This document shows, piece after piece, positions 1 through 8,657 of a stretch of DNA of 32,439 nt (position 1 is the stretch's first letter; every line of letters starts with the position of its first letter). A program made the translations under genes and the position numbers. Under the pieces are notes generated by a model. That model did not search any database, had not been told where the DNA came from, and saw only the letters and a program-made list of their open reading frames with translations. Origin of the DNA: a virus (taxonomy: Duplodnaviria > Heunggongvirae > Uroviricota > Caudoviricetes); IMG/VR virus record IMGVR_UViG_3300021256_000007, positions 1 to 32,439 of that record. One strand, 5' to 3'.

Positions 1-128
1 CGCATTACGACGCTGGAATCGATACTGCGACTCCTTTGCCAAGCGGGAAGACAGCCCTAAGACCATGCGATTATATTCACGCTGGAGCCAAATACACAGG
101 CTAAGCGTAAGATTGGAGAATCACTACT

Positions 129-401
129 ATGCGAGAAAATCTCATTAATGAAATGCTGGCGATTGCGGACGCCAACGAAGGAATGGCTTCGAGATTCACA
201 GGGGAAGACGGTCGGATTTACTGGAGCCTTCTTAACGATTCGTCTCATATTCTGAGAGAAGCCGCTGAGGAGCTGAAACAATACCAAGAACTTCAACAGA
301 AAGGCACCAGTAAAGGGATATTCATAAGCGGAAACGATGTACTGAACCAGATACAGAAAATTAACGAAGAGCGGGCCAGAAACGGTATGCCGCCTGTGTG
401 A
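129..401 (+). CDS. hypothetical phage protein (90 aa)
   Basis: ORF with GGAG RBS upstream, co-oriented with its neighbours; the last 10 codons lie in a 40-bp direct repeat. Confidence 0.7.
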   Translation: MRENLINEMLAIADANEGMASRFTGEDGRIYWSLLNDSSHILREAAEELKQYQELQQKGTSKGIFISGNDVLNQIQKINEERARNGMPPV

Positions 402-778
402 AAGGAAAACACCATGCTTAATGATGTTCTCAATGGCGAATGCTGTACTGATCGACGACAAAATCAGAATGTCATTGATCTAAATCGTTTTGATAGTAGT
501 TCTAATTGTTTAAAGTTTGCACCTATGACATTGGAATCTAACACTAATACTATATATGAAGAAACTTGTCCTGCTATCTATGACGAACTTAAAAAGACAG
601 CACAAGAAGCAATGGAGAATCCTGCCAAAATTTGGTTATATATGTTCCTATGCATATTTATTGCTGAAATTCAGAAAGAAAAAGGTTTAGAAGGGCTTAG
701 AGAATTAGAAAAGCAATATACTGACTGGCAAAATTCTAAAGAGCGGGCCAGAAACGGTATGCCGCCTGTGTGAAAGGA
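367..778. repeat. perfect 40-bp direct repeat (367-406 and 739-778) flanking an AT-rich gene
   Basis: aagagcgggccagaaacggtatgccgcctgtgtgaaagga is present at both positions. Confidence 0.95.
414..773 (+). CDS. hypothetical protein, AT-rich (119 aa)
   Basis: AAAGGA RBS supplied by repeat copy 1; ends in ERARNGMPPV, as does the upstream gene. Confidence 0.65.
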   Translation: MLNDVLNGECCTDRRQNQNVIDLNRFDSSSNCLKFAPMTLESNTNTIYEETCPAIYDELKKTAQEAMENPAKIWLYMFLCIFIAEIQKEKGLEGLRELEKQYTDWQNSKERARNGMPPV

Positions 779-785
779 TATTTGA

Positions 786-1136
786 ATGATCGAAAAACTT
801 GGAGACTTTGCAGAACCACTTGCCGCGCTCGGAATCGCAACACTGGCAATTGTGATATTCATTGTACTAGCTAATGCGTTTGTCAGCGCCAAGGAGCGAA
901 TTCAGCTCGGCATCATAAAATACCGGGACAGGCATAAGTTCGAAAAGCCGCCGATAGCTAAGTGCTACTGTATCGCCTGCGGACTGTGGTATGCGGACGA
1001 CAAAGAGAGAACCATGGGACGTTGCGATGCGTGGAACGGCTATCACACGAGTGCGGACGAATTCTGTGCCCGTGGATATTTGAGAGATGATGACGAATAC
1101 AAGAATGAAGAGTGGAGACTGAAAGATCATTCGTAA
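786..1136 (+). CDS. membrane-anchored protein with a Cys-rich C-terminal domain
   Basis: N-terminal hydrophobic helix (LAALGIATLAIVIFIVLANAFV); CYCIAC...RC...FC pattern; AAAGGA RBS. Confidence 0.75.
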   Translation: MIEKLGDFAEPLAALGIATLAIVIFIVLANAFVSAKERIQLGIIKYRDRHKFEKPPIAKCYCIACGLWYADDKERTMGRCDAWNGYHTSADEFCARGYLRDDDEYKNEEWRLKDHS

Positions 1137-1180
1137 AATTTGCAGGGACTAATACGGAAGAGGAAGATGAGCACCTCTTC
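1130..1180 (+). promoter_or_regulatory. putative phage promoter motif, copy 1, followed by a hairpin
   Basis: TTCGTAAAATTTGCAGGGACTAATAC aligns without gaps to the copies at 3888 and 14970; followed by a gaagagg/cctcttc stem. Confidence 0.5.
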
Positions 1181-1207
1181 TATATTTTTTGAAAGGAGAA
1201 TCGCATT

Positions 1208-1396
1208 ATGAAAAACGGAGCGTTTGTAGTCGGCGGAGTTATGGGAGGTATCGTCGGTATGGTGATGAGCGGCGTCTGGTTTATGGTTGGAGCGGTCTGC
1301 TGTTATGGACTGTTTGAGAGAGCCAAAGAAGAAGCGAAGAAAGAAAAAGAACCTTACGAGCCCTTGGACTTCAAGGTCTATAAAGAGGAGAAGTAA
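1208..1396 (+). CDS. small membrane protein (62 aa)
   Basis: GAAAGGAG RBS; Gly-rich hydrophobic N-terminal half and charged C-terminal tail. Confidence 0.75.
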   Translation: MKNGAFVVGGVMGGIVGMVMSGVWFMVGAVCCYGLFERAKEEAKKEKEPYEPLDFKVYKEEK

Positions 1397-1398
1397 GC

Positions 1399-1833
1399 AT
1401 GAAAGCATGCGCATCCAGACATGTGCCGCAAAAGTGCGGAGAACCGAGAGGACCGATGATCAATCGACCGTCAGTCGAGTATACGGGTCACGGGAACGAT
1501 CTCTGTTGTTTTGCCTGGAACGGCAGATATTTTCGGGCAGACAAAGAGTGGGTAAAAGACGGATGCAAGAAAGTCGTCGATCTTGTCAACGGAAAAGACG
1601 GTGAGGACGGTGACTATGCAAACGTCAATACCGTGCAGGATTACTGGGGCATCACCTGCGACGATTCCGGAGAGCGTTTCGGATGGGCGCCTTCGGAAGA
1701 GTGGGCGTATCCATGCTTCACATTCAACGATTGTGGGCCGGGAACGTATCTCTACGACCAGTTTGGAGAAACTGTATTTCTGATTTCCATTCCACCTGAG
1801 GCGAGTCCTTATGAATGTTATTGGGAGGTATGA
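1399..1833 (+). CDS. hypothetical protein (144 aa)
   Basis: GAGGAG RBS; tight packing between neighbouring genes. Confidence 0.7.
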   Translation: MKACASRHVPQKCGEPRGPMINRPSVEYTGHGNDLCCFAWNGRYFRADKEWVKDGCKKVVDLVNGKDGEDGDYANVNTVQDYWGITCDDSGERFGWAPSEEWAYPCFTFNDCGPGTYLYDQFGETVFLISIPPEASPYECYWEV

Positions 1834-1838
1834 TATTT

Positions 1839-2693
1839 ATGGAAATGAAAAACGTAAAAGCGAATAGCCTGTTTAACGGGATCAAGAAAGCCCTTGACAC
1901 GAATGCGCCGACCATTGCGACTTTCGGTTCGGTTCTCGGTGTTGGTCTGACGATATTTTTCATGCATCGGGCATCCAAGAACGCGGCGAAGATCGAGGAA
2001 AAGTATGAAGAGGATATGAAGTATGTCGAAGCCGATCTTGAGGATGATCACGGTAATCCAGCAAGTGAAGATGACATTAAAGCTGAAAAGACGAGACTTA
2101 AGATCGATAAGTATCTGAGACTCGTTTATATTTATCGCTGGGCACTTCTGAGCGGGATCGGTTCTGCCGGTTTCGCCATTCTGTCAAACTATCTGAACGG
2201 ACGCACGATCGCCACCATCACAGGCCTTCTCGCGCTCAACAACGAAAAGCTCAAGGAATACGCCAAGAAAGGCAAAGAAATGCTCGGCGAAGAGAAGTTC
2301 CAGGAGATGAAAGAGAGCGTAGAGCGGGATATTCTCGGCAAGAAGCTTGAGAAGGGCGATCTGAAAATTGAAAAGGCAGACGTGCCTTTCGGTAAGGATG
2401 ACGGTCCGGATCCCGGTTTCGAGCGTTACTATGTGCCTTTCTGGGGAGAGATCTATGATATTCCGGCTGGGAGGATCAAGGACGCCATAGCAGAAGCCGA
2501 GCGAATGGAGTTTCTCGACTACAATACGTGGCGAGGAATGCTTGGACTTGACTCATGCACAGCCGGTTACAAATTCAAGTGGGATCGGACCAATCCGTTC
2601 AAAGCACATATCGGATACGTCAACATGGGTGTCGGAGGCATGAAGGCGATCTGTTATGACAATGAGCCGGACTTCAACACCATTGGCAAGTGA
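1839..2693 (+). CDS. DUF6353-like phage membrane protein, paralog 1
   Basis: NAPTIATFGSVLGVGLT hydrophobic N-terminal motif plus a second hydrophobic segment; start moved to ATG 1839 behind GGGAGG; family call from recall. Confidence 0.65.
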   Translation: MEMKNVKANSLFNGIKKALDTNAPTIATFGSVLGVGLTIFFMHRASKNAAKIEEKYEEDMKYVEADLEDDHGNPASEDDIKAEKTRLKIDKYLRLVYIYRWALLSGIGSAGFAILSNYLNGRTIATITGLLALNNEKLKEYAKKGKEMLGEEKFQEMKESVERDILGKKLEKGDLKIEKADVPFGKDDGPDPGFERYYVPFWGEIYDIPAGRIKDAIAEAERMEFLDYNTWRGMLGLDSCTAGYKFKWDRTNPFKAHIGYVNMGVGGMKAICYDNEPDFNTIGK

Positions 2694-2717
2694 TATTTTG
2701 TGAAAGGAGAATCCGAT

Positions 2718-3692
2718 ATGAGCAAACTTAATCTTTCATGGGGTAAACTCAAAACACTGGCCGCTGGTGTTCTTGCTTCCGGTAAGAAAAACGCGCCGAC
2801 CATCATGACAGCGGGATCCGTTGTACTGGGGTGGACGGCGGCTTATATTTTCTGGAAGCAGGGACGTAAGGCGGAAAAGAAGATCGAATACGAAGAAAGT
2901 CTTCTGAATGCCGATCTCGACTGCGACACGCCGCTGGAAGATCTGAGAAAGCTTCCCGTCAAAGAGAAAGTTGTCATTTATATTCAGTATTGCTGGATGG
3001 CGGCTTTGCTTGGCGTCGGATCAACGGGTCTTGCCATCGGTGCAAACGGTCTGAATCTCTCAAGACTCACGGAAATGGCGCTGTTGACGCAGTTCATGAC
3101 CGATAAGGACGAAAAGCAGCAGAAACTGATCGAGAAGCTCAAAGGCGAAGTAGGTGACAAGAGATATGCCGAAATGCGGGATGAGATACGAGAAGAACAG
3201 TTTCCGCACGATGAAGTCATGGAAGCCGTTACAGAAGCGCCGGCAAACGGTCAGACGCTGTTTATCGACGTGGTAACCGGCAAAAAGTTCAGACGAAGCA
3301 TTCTCGATGTGACAAACGGGATCGCGGAATTTAATGAGCGACTCAAGGATCGACGAAAAGACGCTATTAAAAAGCGTGTTGGCGATGCGTTCTTTGTCAT
3401 GTCAGATATGCCGTGGGGAGCTGATGAAGATGCCTGCGTGGATATTTATTCTTCGATAGATGTGGAAGTATTTCTCCAGTGTATCGGCGAAATCGAGGGC
3501 AAAAACGAGGCAAGGATCGGTGATCTGCTCGAATTTCGGTATTACGGAGGCGGAGATCCTGTAAAAGCCAACCAGATCCTGGAGTATAAGAAGTATGTCG
3601 ATCCGGATTCCGGTTTCCCGGTGGTTTGCTATATCGACTACTCAGATCTTCTGGCTCCGTCAAGCGAACTGATCGAGCGAAACGACGTTTAA
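2718..3692 (+). CDS. DUF6353-like phage membrane protein, paralog 2
   Basis: NAPTIMTAGSVVLGWT motif; GAAAGGAG RBS favours ATG 2718. Confidence 0.65.
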   Translation: MSKLNLSWGKLKTLAAGVLASGKKNAPTIMTAGSVVLGWTAAYIFWKQGRKAEKKIEYEESLLNADLDCDTPLEDLRKLPVKEKVVIYIQYCWMAALLGVGSTGLAIGANGLNLSRLTEMALLTQFMTDKDEKQQKLIEKLKGEVGDKRYAEMRDEIREEQFPHDEVMEAVTEAPANGQTLFIDVVTGKKFRRSILDVTNGIAEFNERLKDRRKDAIKKRVGDAFFVMSDMPWGADEDACVDIYSSIDVEVFLQCIGEIEGKNEARIGDLLEFRYYGGGDPVKANQILEYKKYVDPDSGFPVVCYIDYSDLLAPSSELIERNDV

Positions 3693-3710
3693 TGGTATAA
3701 AAGTGGGGAA

Positions 3711-3744
3711 AAGTGGAGGCGCCTTACAGCGTCTCTGCTTTTTT
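3711..3744 (+). terminator. intrinsic terminator-like hairpin
   Basis: agtggaggcgc-cttaca-gcgtctctgct followed by a T-run. Confidence 0.65.
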
Positions 3745-3765
3745 CACGGATATTTGGAGGTAAAC

Positions 3766-3879
3766 ATGGAAGTTTTATGGTTTGTGGGAGGTACAGCCTT
3801 TGGACTTGTGGCTGGAGTCATAGCGATGGCGATTTTCATCGTTTCAAGCGAAGAAGACCGCAATATGGGCGCAAAATAG
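3766..3879 (+). CDS. small single-TM protein (37 aa), absent from the ORF track
   Basis: GGAGG RBS; MEVLWFVGGTAFGLVAGVIAMAIFIVSSEEDRNMGAK*. Confidence 0.7.
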   Translation: MEVLWFVGGTAFGLVAGVIAMAIFIVSSEEDRNMGAK

Positions 3880-3880
3880 G

Positions 3881-3931
3881 CTTAAAATTCGTAAAAATCG
3901 CAAGTTCTATAGTGAGGGAATAACTCTCTCA
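3881..3931 (+). promoter_or_regulatory. putative phage promoter motif, copy 2, followed by a hairpin
   Basis: CTTAAAATTCGTAAAA is identical to 14963-14978; CTATAGT at the same spacing; intergenic. Confidence 0.6.
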
Positions 3932-3969
3932 ATACTATAAAACTAATTTTTTAAAGGAGAAATTGAAAA

Positions 3970-4377
3970 ATGAGCAAAATGAACAAAGAGGAAATGAATC
4001 AGGTTGAGTCTCAGATGGAGGAATCCAACGAGAACGAAGAGAAAGCTGAAATTCCTGCTGTTCCGGCCGTTCAGGTGAAGAAAAACTTCATCGAACGCGC
4101 GGTTGATAAGGCTTACGACAAGCGAGTCGCTAAGGCCGAGGCAAAGGCTGCCAAGAAGGCGGAACCGAAGCCCGAGAAGACCCCTAAGAAGTGGGTCAAG
4201 ATCGGAGCTGCGGTCGCCGGTGGTGCCACTGCCCTGGGTCTGGGACTCCTTGCCATGGCCAATCACTGCGCGAGTGAAGACTATACCTGCGGTGAGAACC
4301 AGGATGAGGTCTCTTCGGATGGATCTTCCGCTGAGACGGAACCCGAAGTTCCTGTGAGTAGCTCAGACGAAACCTAA
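3970..4377 (+). CDS. acidic/Lys-Ala-rich protein with one hydrophobic helix (135 aa)
   Basis: AAAGGAG RBS; has its own promoter-like motif and terminator. Confidence 0.8.
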   Translation: MSKMNKEEMNQVESQMEESNENEEKAEIPAVPAVQVKKNFIERAVDKAYDKRVAKAEAKAAKKAEPKPEKTPKKWVKIGAAVAGGATALGLGLLAMANHCASEDYTCGENQDEVSSDGSSAETEPEVPVSSSDET

Positions 4378-4402
4378 AAAGGTCTAGTATTGAGGAAAGG
4401 AG

Positions 4403-4443
4403 AAGCTTTGAGAGGCTGTTTTTACAGCTTCTCAGAGTTTTTT
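4403..4443 (+). terminator. intrinsic terminator
   Basis: ctttgagaggctgt-tttt-acagcttctcagag followed by TTTTTT. Confidence 0.75.
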
Positions 4444-4466
4444 ATGGATGTTTATAGGAGGTAAAC

Positions 4467-4877
4467 ATGCAAATTACAGTTGATATTAATGATGATGCGC
4501 TAAGAGAGGCCATGGAGAAAGGTGTTAAGAGTCTTTCTGAAGAAACACTTACCGAAATGGCAAAAGAAGCCTTGCAAGCTTACATGATGGATCCGAAAAA
4601 TCTTAAGGATCTCGTGTTTAAGAATCTACTAGGTAATGGATATTACAACCAAAACGTTGAGATTCGCCCTGAAATTATGAAAATGCTGACGAACAGTTTT
4701 TCGGAAAATGAAATCGAAGAATATCGACAGAAGTTATTTCAAGTAATTGATGAACACGGAGATCAGCTTTTGGTCAAAACTCTTGCCGCCATCTTCGGAA
4801 ATATGTTGATGACAGAAGCGATGCAAAACGAATTAAGTGTGCAGATGTGGAAAATAGCACAAGGAAATCATACATGA
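4467..4877 (+). CDS. hypothetical helical protein (136 aa)
   Basis: TAGGAGG RBS; ATGA overlap with the next gene. Confidence 0.75.
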   Translation: MQITVDINDDALREAMEKGVKSLSEETLTEMAKEALQAYMMDPKNLKDLVFKNLLGNGYYNQNVEIRPEIMKMLTNSFSENEIEEYRQKLFQVIDEHGDQLLVKTLAAIFGNMLMTEAMQNELSVQMWKIAQGNHT

Positions 4878-5134
4878 CAAGAAAACGATTTAAAAAGCTT
4901 CTTATGTCACGCGGATATTCTAGAGACAACGCTGAACGTTTATCGAATCGCCCTAAAGTCATTGGCGTAAGCTACCAAACTTATTGGGATGATAATGCAG
5001 AAATATTCAAAGTCAAGTATGGAATATACCAACTTAACCAAGCCTGGGGAAAAATACAAAAAACTATGCGATCAGTAGCCAAAGCTATTGATGCATGCTG
5101 GAGGGAAGCGTTCAATGGAGCAACTGAAAATTAA
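4874..5134 (+). CDS. hypothetical basic protein (MTRKRFKKLLMSRG...)
   Basis: ATGA coupling to the upstream gene favours start 4874 over 4847. Confidence 0.65.
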   Translation: MTRKRFKKLLMSRGYSRDNAERLSNRPKVIGVSYQTYWDDNAEIFKVKYGIYQLNQAWGKIQKTMRSVAKAIDACWREAFNGATEN

Positions 5135-5492
5135 TCGCTACAAGCTTCGGTATGACGTAACCGAAGACGACCTCATGAAATACCATCTGCAAACCGGAGG
5201 GGGCTTCATTTCGGCAGATACGAGCGTGTTCATCTGGAAATCGATCGGAAAAGATATTTCACTAAACATCGGATTCCCGAAAGACCTCTCGCGCTGGAAC
5301 GACTTCGACTATGTCACAGTGCTTGATGAGGACTTCGGACAGCCGTATGTGCCATTTTACAAGTATCTGGACGGGACAGACGCCAAAAATGTCTCTCCGT
5401 TCCTGAGGCGGGTCATCGCAAACTACAACAAAACGATGGACAGCTTCGATTTTCTCTTAAAACTGAACAGAAAGGACGAAAAAGATGCCTGA
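5115..5492 (+). CDS. hypothetical phage protein
   Basis: GAGGG RBS before ATG 5115; VLDEDFGQPYVPFY segment; overlaps both neighbours. Confidence 0.7.
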   Translation: MEQLKINRYKLRYDVTEDDLMKYHLQTGGGFISADTSVFIWKSIGKDISLNIGFPKDLSRWNDFDYVTVLDEDFGQPYVPFYKYLDGTDAKNVSPFLRRVIANYNKTMDSFDFLLKLNRKDEKDA

Positions 5493-6111
5493 AAACACGA
5501 ATTACACGCAGGAAGAGGCAAAAACCAAGGTGATCAAGGGTACCGCCAAGCTTGAGAAGAAGAATCCGCGCAAGAAGATCGTGGACTTTTTGTTCTCCGA
5601 CAAGCTTGACAGCATCGGAAATTACCTTACTTACTCGATTCTCGGTCCTTCGCTCAAGGATATTGTCTTTAAAGTGATCCTCGGAGCGACACAAATGGCG
5701 CTTTTCGGCAACGGAAGTGTGCAGCAGGCGCCTCAGAGCGGAAATTATATTCCAGGATACGGCTATCAGGCGGCCAGGAGAGACCCGTACGTCTATAATA
5801 ATGTGTCAAATCCCGGTTATGCACAGCCTCAGCCGGCTCCGTATCAGCCCAGAGTCGGCATGAATGATATTTCGTTTGATACCAAGGACGATGCCTGGCT
5901 GGTTCTGGACCGCATGAGACGTGAAATCGCCCGTTACGGTAAAGTCAGACTCGCCGATTTCTACACATTTGCCGGAATTACCGGTCAGGAGGGCAACTGG
6001 GCGCTTCAGGGGAACGGCTGGTACAGTCTGACAGACCAGGAAGTGCACGTTCTGCTGCGTACTGACGGGCGCTGGGTCATCGAATTCCCGCCGGTACAGG
6101 TGCTGAGATGA
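5485..6111 (+). CDS. conserved hypothetical phage protein (208 aa)
   Basis: AAAGGA RBS; P/Q/Y-rich linker; C-terminal domain DDAWLVLDRMRREIARYGKVRLADFY. Confidence 0.8.
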   Translation: MPENTNYTQEEAKTKVIKGTAKLEKKNPRKKIVDFLFSDKLDSIGNYLTYSILGPSLKDIVFKVILGATQMALFGNGSVQQAPQSGNYIPGYGYQAARRDPYVYNNVSNPGYAQPQPAPYQPRVGMNDISFDTKDDAWLVLDRMRREIARYGKVRLADFYTFAGITGQEGNWALQGNGWYSLTDQEVHVLLRTDGRWVIEFPPVQVLR

Positions 6112-6269
6112 GCACAGAAGTACATTGTCCTTATTGCGGCAAGAAATTTTACATGATTATGGGCAGAAAAAGCGAAAAACAATGGCCTATCAACATTAAA
6201 TGTCCTCATTGTAATAAGATTATGCCTACTTTAACTAAATATTTCAACGACACGGAGGTAAATTCATGA
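6108..6269 (+). CDS. small zinc-ribbon protein (53 aa), absent from the ORF track
   Basis: MSTEVHCPYCGKK...KCPHCNK; ATGA overlaps at both ends. Confidence 0.7.
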   Translation: MSTEVHCPYCGKKFYMIMGRKSEKQWPINIKCPHCNKIMPTLTKYFNDTEVNS

Positions 6270-7264
6270 ATTTCGGTAATTTCTTTAAAGGAGACACTTT
6301 GAAAGGCGCTTTTCAGGGTTTCGGTATGAAAGTAAATGCCGCAAGACCGGAGATTATGCTTGTTTCCGGGGCACTTTCGCTACTTGCGGGCACAATTTTC
6401 GCCTGCACCAAGACGGAAAAAGCCAAAGCAGTTGCAGAAGATACGAAAAAGCAGTCCCAGGAGATCGAAAATAAGCTACAGATCAACGTTCCCGAAGGCA
6501 TTGATATTCTCCCGGAGACGCAGAAACAGCTCAAAGTTGAGCGCGGACGGCAGTATTTTAAGCTTTACGCGCATACCGCTTACGAATTTCTGAAGCTCTA
6601 CGGTGTTCCGGCTCTGCTGTGGTTTGGCGGTATGGGTATGATCGTCGGCAGTCACGGAGAACTCAGAAAACTGAACCGTGGTCTTGCTGCGGATATTCTC
6701 GCCGGAAATCAGCTGCTGCAGGAGTATCGCGAGAGAGTAGCCAAAGCGGTTGGCGAGGATGTTGAGAACAAAATCTTCATGGGCGCTCAGGAGGGTATGG
6801 TCACGGTAGTGGAGACTGACCCTGAGACCGGTGAAGAAAAGACCCGTCAGGAAAAGGCGGATGTGTTCTATGCGCAGCCTGGAAGCATTTTCGCGCGGAA
6901 CTTCACAGAAGAGAACACGGATATTATGTGGCGCCAGTTTACTGACGAATTCCTGGAGCAGAGAGTGAACGAAATTAACACCAAGCTTGAAGTCGGCTAC
7001 GTGAGAGCCTACAGCGGGCTTGATATTCTCCGCATCCTCGGCTTTAACGAGAACGCGCTCGGGGAAGGCGAGAGCATGGACAAACTTCTCAGCTACGGCA
7101 TCTCCGGCAACGCGCGTAAGGTTCCCGATCCCGAGATGCGGAAGCTTAAGATCACCCGTCTGCGTGGCTATCAGGAGAAATGGGACGTGGTACACCAGTG
7201 CAAGATCTACGTTCCATGCCTGAGAATCGATTTCAACTTCTATCCGCTGGAAGGGAAGATCTGA
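6266..7264 (+). CDS. DUF6353-like phage membrane protein, paralog 3
   Basis: RPEIMLVSGALSLLAGTIFAC hydrophobic motif and a second hydrophobic segment; GGAGG RBS. Confidence 0.7.
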   Translation: MNFGNFFKGDTLKGAFQGFGMKVNAARPEIMLVSGALSLLAGTIFACTKTEKAKAVAEDTKKQSQEIENKLQINVPEGIDILPETQKQLKVERGRQYFKLYAHTAYEFLKLYGVPALLWFGGMGMIVGSHGELRKLNRGLAADILAGNQLLQEYRERVAKAVGEDVENKIFMGAQEGMVTVVETDPETGEEKTRQEKADVFYAQPGSIFARNFTEENTDIMWRQFTDEFLEQRVNEINTKLEVGYVRAYSGLDILRILGFNENALGEGESMDKLLSYGISGNARKVPDPEMRKLKITRLRGYQEKWDVVHQCKIYVPCLRIDFNFYPLEGKI

Positions 7265-7458
7265 TGTTCTATCATGATGTCATCAAAGAACTGACCGAGT
7301 TTCGTACTATGATGGAAAGCTGCATCAGTGAACCGGATCGTTATTGCGACAACTGTGCTGTGAAAGAGAGTTGCAATAAGTTTTTCATTGAGCAGCCGGA
7401 ACATCTGATTGAGGTACTGGACAAAGCGATCGAAATGTTAAGAGAGGATTTAGAATGA
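7264..7458 (+). CDS. small Cys-containing protein (64 aa)
   Basis: TGATG coupling favours ATG 7264; CDNC...C motif. Confidence 0.65.
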   Translation: MFYHDVIKELTEFRTMMESCISEPDRYCDNCAVKESCNKFFIEQPEHLIEVLDKAIEMLREDLE

Positions 7459-8120
7459 AGTATATTTTAACGTTCCTTTTTGGGGCTGCATGCGGTGTCG
7501 GAGGGACACTTTTGTGGCTTCGTAAGGATATTAAGGAACGCCTTGAGAAGGCCGAAAATAGCGACGAGCTGCCTTTTGTTATAGGAGATGAAAATACCAA
7601 GGAAAATAACGAAAATTCCAGCAGAAGCGAAAATACGGCCTCTCAGGGGCATTCTACGCATGATATTTCGAAAAGGGAACAGGAGAAGGTCGATTATCAC
7701 CGTATTGTGAGCGCTGTTCAGAACGGAGAAAAGCCTTCTGTTCCGATCCCTGTCATGCCGAGAGAGCACGATGGCTACATGACCGAAGAGGAGAGTGATG
7801 AAGTGGAAGACGACCTTGATATTCAGAATCTGAGCGAGATTCCAAACGAAGTCTTCGAGATCGATAAAGAGACGTTCAACCATGACGAGAGCAATGAAAA
7901 GAGCTATCTGACATATTTTCAGGGCGATCGGATCATGGCGACGGAGAGCGGGGCGATCATTGCGGAACCTGCCGTTCTCATCGGTCCGAACTGGGAGCAA
8001 TATGTAGGCCACTATGCCATGAACACAGCCTTCATTCGCAATCCGAGACTCGCGACAGATTATGAAATTATACTGGAAGACGGACTGTACGAAGAAGAGT
8101 ACGGTCCTGCTGATATTTAA
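7455..8120 (+). CDS. acidic protein with an N-terminal membrane anchor (221 aa)
   Basis: GAGG RBS; hydrophobic first 22 aa; ATGA overlap. Confidence 0.8.
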   Translation: MKYILTFLFGAACGVGGTLLWLRKDIKERLEKAENSDELPFVIGDENTKENNENSSRSENTASQGHSTHDISKREQEKVDYHRIVSAVQNGEKPSVPIPVMPREHDGYMTEEESDEVEDDLDIQNLSEIPNEVFEIDKETFNHDESNEKSYLTYFQGDRIMATESGAIIAEPAVLIGPNWEQYVGHYAMNTAFIRNPRLATDYEIILEDGLYEEEYGPADI

Positions 8121-8141
8121 AAAGAGAGGACTGATAAGCCT

Positions 8142-8657
8142 ATGGAAGACAGCTATTTTTGTTGGTTAGAAGGGCTCATCGGCGATAGTTATCTCGTGAC
8201 GAATTACCAGAAACTGCTGTGGAAACTCTTTGTCACGGATTATATTTGGGAGCTCGACTACGACAGAAATAGGGCTGCGGACGGGCTTTATCTTCGCCGG
8301 GAGTACACGGCTCAAACGGGCCTTACGATGAACATGGGAAAGCCCTGTTCGATGCTGGAAATGTTTGTCGCACTGGCCCGAAGAGCCGAGGATAACATTA
8401 TGCACGACCCTGACATCGGGGATCGTTCTGGTCAATGGTTCTGGACGATGCTTCAGAATCTGGGGCTTGACGTGTATGACGACTACCACTATTTCGATGC
8501 AGAAGTGGAAAGGATCTTGGATATTTTCATACACAGACGGTACGCCAGAAACGGTCAGGGAGGTGCTTTTCCGATGCCGAACGACACGAGAGATTTGAGA
8601 AAAACGGACCTCTGGTGGCAGATGAATGCGTATCTGGAAGAGCATTATCCGGTGTAA
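8142..8657 (+). CDS. conserved hypothetical phage protein (171 aa)
   Basis: GAGAGG RBS; CSMLEMFVALARR segment. Confidence 0.8.
   Translation: MEDSYFCWLEGLIGDSYLVTNYQKLLWKLFVTDYIWELDYDRNRAADGLYLRREYTAQTGLTMNMGKPCSMLEMFVALARRAEDNIMHDPDIGDRSGQWFWTMLQNLGLDVYDDYHYFDAEVERILDIFIHRRYARNGQGGAFPMPNDTRDLRKTDLWWQMNAYLEEHYPV

Noticed and set aside
2-148. Possible 3' end of an upstream gene (frame 2, stop at 146-148)
   Set aside because: Too short and truncated to choose a frame or function
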